Under the pieces are notes generated by a model. The model saw only the letters and a program-made list of their open reading frames with translations, did no database searches and was not told the DNA's origin. A stretch of DNA of 64,000 nucleotides from Eledone cirrhosa (taxonomy: Eukaryota). Numbering within the stretch: the stretch's first letter is position 1; each line of letters opens with the position of its first letter. Location of the stretch: the NCBI GenBank assembly GCA_964016885.1, contig OZ024759.1, forward strand, positions 4,960,001-5,024,000, written 5' to 3'. A program made the position numbers and the translations under genes. Of this stretch, positions 53,425-64,000 are shown piece after piece.

Positions 53425-54604
53425 CAGAGGTTCTCAAACTTTTTCGGGCCATCGCCCCCCACACGGCCTTGTAATACCCTCTAAAACACCACACCTATTT
53501 CCAGAGAGACCTACCTACAAGCAAATTGTAAATAATATAAAAAAAAGGAACGATTGACTTTCGTCAAATCGGACCGAGGAAACAATGTTTCCGTTGGTCT
53601 TTCCAATTGCTAATACTATCTATCGGTCGCAACTCCAGGTCGAAGGAGCAACGTGAAATAAAGTAAATAATATATAATACATAAAATGGTTGATATATAA
53701 TAAATAATTCTTTCTACTTTTGGCACAAGGCCAGCAATTACTCCAGTGTATTACTGGTACTGTATTTTATCGACCCAGTAAAGGTGAAAGGCAAAATTAA
53801 CCTAGGAGGGATTTAAACTCAGATAATAAAGGGCCGTAACTCTATGCTGCAAAGCATGGTGTCCTACCTTCTATAATATATCGACAGTCGATCAACTTCC
53901 ATCAAATTGGACCACGGAATCAATGCTTCCATTGGTCTTTCCAATTGCTAATACTATCTATCAGTTGCAACTCCAGGTAGAAAGAACAACCTCACAACCT
54001 CACGATTGCAAATCCGATTCTCTAATCACTCAGCCTTCACTATCATCATCATTATCATCATTTTACATCCGCTTTTCCCTGCTTGTAAGGGTGGGACAGG
54101 TCTTATTAAACACAGCATCTCTCCATTTGTCACGGTTCCTTGTCATCTCCTCCATGAGCTTCAGTGATCTGAGGTCTGCTCTCACCACCTCTGCCCATGT
54201 TTTTCGTGATCTTCCTCTACTGTGTCTTCCTTCTACTGTGATTTCTTGGCAGTTCTTTACCCAGCTGTCATCCACCATGCGCATCACATGTCCATACCAA
54301 CACAGTCTTCTCTCCCACACACTACAACTTATCCCTCTTATACACAGTTTCTCTCTCAACTCGTCTATACTTTGTCGTTCACACACATTGACATCACACA
54401 TGCAACAGCATATACTTGCTTCATTTCTATCCACTATATAATATATACTATGTATCAATAAATATCATATACTTTTTTTATTTTACTATATTTATATATA
54501 AAATTTATCATTTGATATTTGATATACTATTATATCCTCTCCACCCCCATCCTTAAGCCCCAGCACCCCTCTTGGGGCAGTAGCACCCACTTTGAGAACC
54601 TCTG
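53425..54604. mobile_element. hAT (Charlie-like) MITE with nested SINE and RTE fragment
   Basis: Perfect 14-bp TIR CAGAGGTTCTCAAA/TTTGAGAACCTCTG; TSD TTCTAGAA/TTCTAGAG. Confidence 0.85.
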
Positions 54605-54683
54605 TTCTAGAGGGAAGTGAAATTGTAAAGTGTAACAGGCAAGAAGACAACATTTTTCCAAACAAACAAAAAAACCAACTTAC

Positions 54684-54941
54684 TATCAATATAGTTATAA
54701 TATATCCTTAGTTGGGAAATATCGTATGTTTGTCTGAGTTCAAGAGTCCACAATGATGTTGGAGAGCTCATTGTATGAGAACAAGATCTGTGTTGTGGGT
54801 TTTGATCGAAGTTACCATCTACAGCCAGGTTAGCTGACATTGAGTACATTTCATTGCGACAAACATTGTTTTTCATTAGAATTACACTGCTTGTTTTGTC
54901 TGTCGTGGTTTGTGTAGCTACTTTACCAATAGCTATATTTC
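54684..54941 (-). CDS. First half of FTP/F-type-lectin (F5/8C-like) domain exon (258 bp, phase 1/1)
   Basis: Acceptor tttttcag, donor GTAAGT. Encodes NIAIGKVATQ...ANLAVDGNF...SCSHT...WTLELRQTYDISQLRIY. Confidence 0.9.
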
Positions 54942-55572
54942 CTGAAAAAGAATGAAAGAAAATTTAATGAAAGTCAATTACTATGAAATGAAATGGATCT
55001 CAGTCAGTTGAAACGATGATTGATCCAGTGGGAAAAGACAAATTGTTTTCTATATACTAAACTTTTGAAATATCTTTTACGTTATCTCTAAATTATTCCA
55101 TATTTCCAGTAGAGGCATGTGGCCTAGTGTTAAGTGTGTTGGACTTACAATCATAATGTCATGGGTTCGATTTCTGGGGTGGGTTGTGTGTTGTGTTCTT
55201 GAGCAAAACACTTCATTTCACGTTGCTCCAGTATACTCTGCTGAAAATGAGCACCAGCAATAACTGTGGAGGGTGTAACCCTGCAATGGACTGATGTCCT
55301 GTCCAGGAGGAAGTCTTGTACTCACAGTCGCTTTATGCCATGAAACCAGGATAAGCATTGGCCTAATGAGCCTTCAGGCTTGAGACAGTATAGTCCTATA
55401 CGAACGAGACACGGTCACCCGACCAATCTTGCCTCAATTGGGACAACTCCCGACTAACCCATGCTAGCATGGAAGATAGATGTAAACGATGATGATGATG
55501 ATGATGATATAGCAACCTCAGCCTCAACAGCGACAGCAACAACAACGGCATGATAATTAGAAATCTACTTAC

Positions 55573-55716
55573 TATAGGTTTTTACTTGGCAATCCGGTCC
55601 GGTCCATCCTTCTTCACAGCCATATGGGCAAGCCCCAGTTTGTTGATGGCAGTCAGCATCGTTTAAACAATGGCATTGCTTGTTACAAGTATATCCATAC
55701 CATTGAGATGCACAAC
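55573..55716 (-). CDS. EGF exon (144 bp, phase 1/1)
   Basis: Acceptor aacatag, donor GTAAGT. Encodes CASQWYGYTCNKQCHCLNDADCHQQTGACPYGCEEGWTGPDCQVKTY (not in the ORF track). Confidence 0.9.
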
Positions 55717-56834
55717 CTATGTTAAAAGTTAGAATTTATCACACTGATGGACTACATTTCCACAGTTCTCTCTCATCTACAGTTAATTGTTTCTACTATT
55801 TGGCACAAGGTACCAGTAATACACAGGGGTAATTGCTGAATTACCTCAGTGCATTACTGGAACTTTATTTTATTGACCCCCCCATAAGAATGAAAGGCAA
55901 ACCTTGGCGGGTTTGAAATCAGAACGTAAAGGTCCATAACTCTATGCTGCAAAGCATGGTGTCTGACACTCTACGGATTACTGCCAATCCAATAATAATA
56001 ATTGTTTCTACTTTTGGCATAAGGCCAGCCAGCAATTACCCCCAGTGCATTACTGGTACTTTATTTTATCGACCTCCGTAAGAATGAAAGGCAAAGCTAA
56101 CTTCAGCAGGATTTGAACTCAGAACGTAAAGGGCCATAATTCTATGCTGCAAAACATGGTGTCTGATGCTCTACGGATTACTGCCAGTCCAATCCAGCAA
56201 TTACCCCCAGTGCATTACTGGTACTTTATTTTATCGACCCCTGTAAGGATGAAAGGCAAAGTTAACCTCGGCGGGATTTGAACTCAGAACATAAAGGGCC
56301 GTAAAAATGGTGTCTGACACTCTACCGATTACTGCCAGACTCACATAATTATCTCACCTAATATTATGGTCTGAGTTCAAATCCCGTCAAGGATAACTTT
56401 ACCATTCATCCTTACGGGGGTCGATAAAATAAAGTACCAGTAATACACTAGGGTATTTGCTGGTCTTGTGCCCCCAAAAGTAGAAACATAATATTGAATA
56501 TATTAGATTTTGATATTATCTATTTTGAGAACATTATCTTAACATTAATAAGGGCGGTGGGTTGGCAGTATCGGTGGAGGGTCGGACGCCATGCTTTCCA
56601 GCATAGAGTTACGGCCCTTTACGATCTGAGTAATGCACTGGGTCATTGCTGGCCTTGTGCCCAAAGTAGAAACAATTATCTTAACATTAATATGAACGGC
56701 TGGTTACAGCCAGTTTGAACAGAAAGAGGTGAGAGAATTCTGGCCAGATACAGTCGCTTTAAATGCTAAAGGGTTAACAGTCACAGTTTGTAGAGATTAA
56801 CAACTAAAGTTTGAATGAATAAAGATCAACAGAC

Positions 56835-56984
56835 CTGATAATGATAATGTTTCGATACAGGTACCCTCTCCTTTTATAGAAATAGACCAAGCGTTTACAT
56901 CCCCTGAACAGCTCAAAGGTCTGGTTGTACATATTGATTTACAAAAGGGTTCCTTAGATTTGTCAAAAAATACCAAAACTGTCT
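56835..56984 (-). CDS. Upstream exon of the same gene (150 bp, phase 1/1)
   Basis: Acceptor catttcag, donor GTCTGT. Open frame TVLVFFDKSKEPFCKSICTTRPLSCSGDVNAWSISIKGEGTCIETLSLS, in phase with the next exon. Confidence 0.6.
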
Positions 56985-57412
56985 CTGAAATGAGAAGTGT
57001 AAATATATATATATATATATATATATCATCATCATCATCATCAACGTTTAACGTCCGTGTTCCACGCTTGCATGGGTTTGGACGGGGGTATTCCCACTTG
57101 AGGCAAGAGTGATTGTCTTGCTCGCATAGGACTGTCTGGCAGGTTTTCTACAGTTGGATGCCCTTCCTAACACCAACCACATTTACAGTGTGGGACTGGG
57201 AGGTTTTTACCGTAATATACATATATAATATATATATAATATATATATAATATATATATATAATATACATATATAATATATATATATAATATATATATAT
57301 ATAATATACATATATAATATATATATAATATATATATATAATATATATATATAATATACATATATAATATATATATAATATATATATATAATAGATATAT
57401 AATATATATATA

Positions 57413-58739
57413 TCTATACTATAAAGCTGATGGCCGTATGTAGGTACAAACTTTCCGCCAAACGGCTAGACCAAACAGCACCAAATTTGCTCCATAGATG
57501 TAACTTTTTCCAAGTAAAAAAGTGAGGGTATTTTTGTCTACTGAATGATTAAAGACATTATTTAAATATTCACTTTTTTAAAATTTCAAACATCAACACT
57601 TCCGGTTATACGTCATTCCTCAATTTTCTTATGACGTCACACAACATTCCCCTCTTTTTCTTAGTCTGTATGTCTGGCTGTCTGCATTAGATAACGTTTT
57701 TCGAAATATTTACTTCTGCGTTCACAGACTGATATTTTTAGTTTCAGAAGATCCCATTAAGGGTGAAAGCAGCGATTCTTTGCTTAAACTTTAATCTGTT
57801 ATTTTAATATATATATTCGTGTACAGATATTTTTGCATACACAAAAACAAAAACCTATTTATTTCATGAAAGCACAGACGGCTTATCGTCATTGTTACTG
57901 TTCGAGGTTAGAGGACCACAGTCTTTCCAAGATCTGAGAACCATCAATGGCCATCAATGTTCCACTTACTGTTAGGCTTGCCAGATGCGTGGTATGTTAC
58001 ATGATGACAGCCATTGACACCTCACCCTGCTAAATAGCTAAAGTCCCTTCTCAGCTGCGAAAACCTTTTGCTATTATGCTGCACAACTGCGATATCGCCG
58101 ACCCTCTCGCACTGTGGAACAACCACTGCGAAAGTCTAGCTGAGGATATCCTCCACCGCACACACAGACACAATCCAAACCTAACATACAATGTCGTTTT
58201 CAATGAGGCGCTCATTTGTCTTGAAAACAGAGTCCTGGAGATTGGTGGTCGGCCTCTAGGCCACTACAGCTTACCTGCTCCTGACAGGAGTGTCCAGAGG
58301 TCAACGTCTACAGAGCTTCTTTGCGAGACGAGCTACGAAATCAGTGATTCTCCCATGGTCAATTGTATGTAGGATGCTCTAGGGTTAGCTCACCAAACAA
58401 TCTTTGCTCCGGAGGGCTGAACAAAAAATATTTTATACTCTGAGGCTCTAACAATGTAATTTAAATATTTTCTGTTACTTGGAATTTCCATTATGGTTGT
58501 ACAAATTATTGTTTGTTAAAAAATGTGTTCTCTGTTCAGCCTTTATTGTTGTAACTATCAATTTTCTTTAATGTACTGGCTGCTGAAGTGGGGAATCTTA
58601 AAAACTATTGAAACCCAACACCAGAGCACATTAACCCCCCCAACCCCCTCTCGCTTACTTGAGAGGGCATGCGGTATCTTTCCTGAAAAGATAAAATGCC
58701 GGTATACTTAGCCAGGCACCAGCCGGAAAGGCCAGCTAG
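57413..58739 (+). mobile_element. Non-autonomous Helitron with RepHel remnant
   Basis: Ends A|TC...CTAG|T with a GC-rich subterminal segment. Remnant translation VRGPQSFQDLRTING..AC..GMLHDD and PLALWNNHCESLAEDI. Confidence 0.8.
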
Positions 58740-58963
58740 TAATATATATATATAATAAATATATAATATATATATATAATTGTTTCTACTTTTGGCACAA
58801 GGCCAGCAATTACACAGTTCATTACTGGTACTTTATTTTATCGACCCACTAAGGATGAAAGGCAAAGTTAACCTTGACGGGATTTGAACTCAGGCCGTAA
58901 AGGGACATAACTATGCTGGAAAGCATGGCGTCCGACCCTCTACTGATACTGTCAATTCACCGC

Positions 58964-59027
<64 letters not shown>

Positions 59028-59139
59028 CTCACTCTTCGTGCGGCTGTTACTTAAATATAAGTATGTATACGTACATACATATATGTATACAGGCGTACAG
59101 TAGTATGTATATATATATACATACATGCACACATATATA

Positions 59140-62100
59140 TATGTACGTATGGCACTCAATGACAATGTCACAGATAAAGACAAATTCACCTCCTGCTGCA
59201 AGACGAGAATACAAGGACCCCTCTTTATTTCAGACACAGATGACCAACAAAATCCCGTCTCCCACACCCCTCCCTGCCCCTCCAACCCATCCATCCCACC
59301 CTCCCAACTTCAGAGTTGGTACCATGAACGTAGGCACATTGAAAGGTCGCTCAAATGAGGTTGTAGAGATGCTTGAACGTAAAGAAGTTGATGTTTGTTG
59401 TATTCAAGAGACTAGGTGGAGAGGGGGATCTGCCAGATTCATCGTTGGTAAAAAACGATGCTATAAACTTTTCTGGGTGGGAAATGACAACGGACAGGGT
59501 AGTGTAGGAATTATGTTAGCTGAAAAATGGGTAGATAAGGTAATTATGTAAATATAGTGAATGACAGAATAATTGAATTAAGACTAGTTCTAAATAGAAT
59601 TACTGTGACAATAATATCCGCTTATGCACCCCAATCTGGTCTACCTGATGTTATAAAGGACAGGTTCTATGAGATGCTAATGCACACTACCTCCCAAATA
59701 ACCGACAGCGACTACTTAATTATTGCTAGCGATCTAAACAGTCACGTTGGACAACATAGTGATGGCTATGATGGAATTCATGGAGGCTATGGGGTTGGAA
59801 ATAGAAATGAGGAGGGTTTCAGAATCCTGGAATTCTGTGATGCAAATAGCCTAACTATATGTAACACAAACTTCAAAAAACGTGAAAACCACTTGATCAC
59901 CTATAGATCAGGGGAACACGCCAGCCAGATAGATTATATCTTACTAGAAGACGGGACAAAATGTCTGTTGTAAACTCTAAATCCCTCCCCCGTGAAGAAT
60001 GCCCCTCCCAACATCGCCTAGTAGTTAGTGACCTCATAGTCAGGAATAGACGTACTCGACTACAGAGGAGGCCTACCTTGAGGAGAAGAATATGGAAGTT
60101 GAAGGACCCCATAGCCAGTGACAAATTTAAAAGCTTATTATTTGTTGCCTTTGACAATAAGGAAGAGCAATTAGAGACGTGCAATAGAGAGGAACAGTGG
60201 CAATTCTTGAAAGTGAACCTGCTGAAAGCAACGGATGAAATCTGTGGCTGGAGCAGACCTATTGGCAGGAGGAGAGTAACTTGGTGGTGGAACAGTGAGG
60301 TGGAAGAGACAATCAAGGGCAAAAAGCAGGCTTGGAAAGAATGGGAGGATGGGGGGAAGTAGAGAGCACTATCAAGTGGCCAGGAGAGAAGCTAGGAGAC
60401 AAGTGTACCTTGCAAAAAGGGTAGCAGAGGATAGAAAGTTCAAGCATGTTCTGCAACGTGAGGACCAAAAACGTGAGGTGTTCAGGATTGCTAGACAATG
60501 TGTCAAGGAAAACCGTGATATTGTCGGGGAGAAGTGTGTCCGTAATGATAATGGTGTACTTGCGCTCACTGATACTGATAAGCCTGGAAGTGTCACTACG
60601 AGAGACTATTAAATGAGGAGAAAAAGTGGGAAAAAGATAGTCTGCCCCAAATCGATCCAATGGTGCAAGGTAAAGGTAGTATAATAAGTAAGGCAATCAA
60701 AGATATGAAGACAGGCAAGGCAGCTGGGCCTTCGGAGGTAGTTGCTGAGATGTTGAAGGCATCTGGTATGGCGGGACACACTATGGTCACCCGTATAGTT
60801 AACCAAGTAATACAGAATGGGGTCATACCGAAAGACTGGCGTAGCAGCATCATCATTAACTGCTACAAGGGTAAAGGGGATGCTCTAGATAGGGAAACTA
60901 TAGAGGCATTAAGTTAGTTGACCAGGTCATGAAGGTCACAGAAAGAGTAATAGCACAACTAATCAGAGAGCGAATTGATCTAGATGAAATGCAGTTTGGG
61001 TTTGTGTCAGGTAAAAGTACCACAGACGCTCTTTTCCTTGTACGACAACTACAAGGGAAGTACCTAGCTAAAAGTAAACCCCTCTACTTAGCTTTTGTAG
61101 ACTTGGAGAAAGCTTTTGACAGAGTCCCCCACTCCATTATCTGGTGGGCTCTTAGAAAACTAGGTGTAGATGAATGGCTGGTGAGAGCTATACAAGCTAT
61201 GTATAATGAAACAGTCAGTAAGGTTAGAATTAACAATGAATATTGTGAAGAATTTAGTGTAAAAGTTGGCGTTCATCAAGGCTCTGTCCTTAGCCCCCTC
61301 TTATTTATTATTGCCCTTCAGGCTATAACAGAGGAGTTCAAGACCGGCTGCCCATGGGAACTCCTATACGCAGATGATCTAACGCTCATAGTTGAATCAA
61401 TGGCTGAACTAGAGAAGAAATTCAAAACATGGAAGCATGGCCTAGAATCAAAAGGCCTTAAAGTTAACTTGTCTAAGACTAAAGTTCTAGTTTGTAGAAA
61501 GGAAAATAGGGCACCAGTCCCATCTGGGAAATGGCCATGCTCAGTGTGTAGGAAAGGAGTAGGCAGAAATTCCATTTTATGTCCCAAATGCAAAGTATGG
61601 GTACATAAAAGATGTAGTGGGATCACAGGTAAACTATCTAAGAACGTAGACTTTATATGTGGCCAATGCTCAGGTGCAATAAGTAGCAAGTGTCCAAAGG
61701 ATACTAGCTCCTTCCATTGCCCAGATGGTTCTATAGAAATAGTAGACACTTTCCGTTACCTGGGTGACGAAATCAGCAGTGGTGGAGGGTCTTCTGGAAG
61801 TATAGTAGCCAGAGTCAGAACGGGATGGAAAAAGTTCAGAGAGCTTATACCGCTGTTGGCCACTAAAGGTTTCTCTCTAAAAATGAAAGGCAGATTGTAT
61901 GATGCCTGTATACGAACAGCAATGCTACATGGCAGTGAGGCATGGGCATTACGTGCAGAGGACCTGCGTAGGCTGGAAAGGAACGAAGCTTGCATGCTCC
62001 GTTGGATGTGTAATAGTAATATGCGTGAACAGCAAAGCATATATGAACTAAGTGAGAAATTAGGAATAAGAGGGATCAGATGCTGTTTACTTGAGAGAAG

Positions 62101-62690
62101 ACTACGTTGGTATGGCCACGTGATGCTCATGAAAGACGTCAGTTGTATAAAAAAGTGCAGGGCGATCAAAATTGATGGTAGTTACGGAGTAGGTAAACCC
62201 AGAAAAACCTGGGATGATCTGATAAATTCCGACCTTACACACTTACATCTCTCTAAGTCAATGTCTCTGGGCCGAGATCTTTGGTGCTATGCAGTAATAC
62301 AGAAGACCCGCCTTGCCTATGCACAAAGCGAAACCTACAGTCAGTAGGCACCTCTTAACCAAATATACACCCCAATCTACTACCCCTACCCTATCCTCCC
62401 ACTCCCACCAACAGCATGAGAAAATGAAATCGATTTTGTGTAGGTGTCACGGAAAAAAAAACACACAGTCCACGCTGTAATGTGGTCGTGTAGGTGACAC
62501 GGTAAAAAGTTCCCAGTTCCACACTGTAAATGTGGTTGGTGTTAGGAAGGGCATCCAGCCGTAGAAAAAGTTAGTTCTATATGAGTGAGACACGGTCACC
62601 CGACCAGCCTTGCCTCAACTCCCGTCTAACCCATGCTAGCGTGGAAAATGGACGTTAAACGAAGATGATGATGATGATGATGATGATGAT
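59140..62690 (+). mobile_element. Near full-length RTE-clade LINE (EN + RT, decayed)
   Basis: Endonuclease motifs GTMNVGTL, CIQETRW, AYAPQ, SQIDYI. RT 60929-62347 (DLEKAFDRVP, GVHQGSVLSP, YADD). (GAT)n tail; several stops and frameshifts. Confidence 0.93.
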
Positions 62691-63160
62691 ATATATAGGA
62701 AAATGTATGACCCCGACGGTAGAGCTCAAGCCGTTTCGACGGCTATTTCTGGACTAAATTAGAATTTGTAGCCTGGTAAATAAATAGCCGAACTTTTCAA
62801 GGGGTACTTCCTTATATGGGAAGATTGTAGCTGTCAAGAGGATTGGTCAAAAATTCCTGGTAAACACAATTAAGTCTATCATGGCAGTGGGTGGGAGGTG
62901 GGGATGGCTGAACTTGCCTGTAGAGCAATGAGGGAGTGGGTGGAGCCGGTCAAGCGTTGAAAGTGAAATCTAAACAGCAAATTCTAAGGATTGTGTATGA
63001 AAGTAGGCCAACTTTCATACTTTCCGCCATGGCGATTGGACTGCATACCCTGCTTTCCAGGTTACCCTTTGCCACTGATATATATATATTTATATATTGA
63101 GTACTCTGGTGCATTATGGTCCTTCTGGTTCCTTACCACACCTCCTTTGTTATATATATA

Positions 63161-64000
63161 TATAACGGCGGCGAAGATTGGAAACCGAATCTGAGCTTTC
63201 CCACCTCTGGGACAAGCCGTGGTAAGTTGTTTACGCTCAAGAGACTAACCCCTGGGGGATGTTAAACACAGGTCAGAGGTGTTTAAGCCTGACAGAAAAT
63301 AGGTCAGAGGATATATCCATCTTTCTGAGTTGTTTACGCTTGGCAAAATAATCCCTTGGGAGACTCTAACCAAAGTTCAGAGGATATATCTATCCTTCTA
63401 ACTTCAACTCTTATAAATACAGGGGTTGTTTACGCCCCGACAGAAAAGAAGTGATATACAGACAACACAAGTGGCCTTTACAAGCTCTCGTCACGAAATA
63501 CCAGTCCGTCACTAATTTCCACTCCTGCCTGGCTGATCGATACAACCACATATTCCGTTACAACTGGTGACCCCGTAAAACAGACACACAACTTCTGATC
63601 ATCCACTACAAACGATGTCTCTAGCACACGACGATTCATCTACAGCAGAAATGGCAGTGAGGGCGGCATTTACATTAAGAATTCCACCATTCTGGGTGCA
63701 CGATCTAACACTGTGGTTCGCGCACATCGAAGCGCAGTTCGCATAATAACACACGGCCCACCTGTTGCTGCACGACCTAGAAGGCTACCACCAGACCGGC
63801 TGAAGTCCGTCAAACAAGAATTTCAGCACATGCTGGATATCGGCATCATACGTCCGTCCAGCAGCAACTGGTCCTCACCCATACACTGTGTACCCAAGAA
63901 GTCGTCAAACGACTGGCGAATCTGTGGCGACTACCGTGCACTGAACAACTGCACCGTTCCTAACTCTTATCCAGTGCCTCATCTACAGGACTTCTCTAGC
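63161..64000 (+). mobile_element. Gypsy/Ty3 LTR retrotransposon 5' part (LTR 63161-63562, PBS, truncated gag joined to RT)
   Basis: LTR ends T(A)TAACGG...CCGTTACA. PBS TGGTGACCCCG at 63565. Gag start [53 protein letters not shown] runs off the window. Confidence 0.85.

Noticed and set aside
13991-56984. Assigning a gene symbol (MEGF10/11, SCARF, PTPR)
   Set aside because: The signal peptide, transmembrane and cytoplasmic exons are not identifiable in the window, so orthology cannot be determined.

Overview
This is an animal genomic window with no prokaryotic features. The SINE, microsatellite and LINE content and the gene type suggest a mollusc, probably a coleoid cephalopod (inference). Nearly all of it is intronic sequence of one large minus-strand gene that is incomplete at both ends. 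I resolved 15 exons or pseudo-exons by hand from splice signals and reading phase. They encode a laminin-type EGF repeat, a split F-type-lectin/F5/8C-like (FTP) domain, and a recently amplified run of 138-bp phase-1/1 EGF exons (MEGF10/CED-1/SCARF- or receptor-PTP-like ectodomain). Three of the EGF exons are frameshifted, one has been lost and left an orphan donor, and one FTP exon has AT instead of GT at its expected donor. The introns hold five minisatellite families (54, 48, 31, 51 and 72/73 bp). They also hold a full-length decayed Tx1/L1-clade LINE, RTE and CR1 LINEs, a Helitron, a Gypsy LTR element, hAT and piggyBac-like MITEs, and many tRNA-SINEs. There are four main findings. (1) The 13.9-kb 54-bp satellite derives from the gene's own EGF exon and has higher-order repeats. 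(2) There are several Penelope/retrozyme-type minimal hammerhead ribozymes, including a tandem sense-strand pair with a large branched stem II. (3) The AT-donor exon lies between long inverted satellite-bearing MITEs. (4) Satellites repeatedly arise inside MITEs. Most ORFs in the supplied track are repeat artefacts. Coordinates were read by eye; repeat boundaries are approximate.
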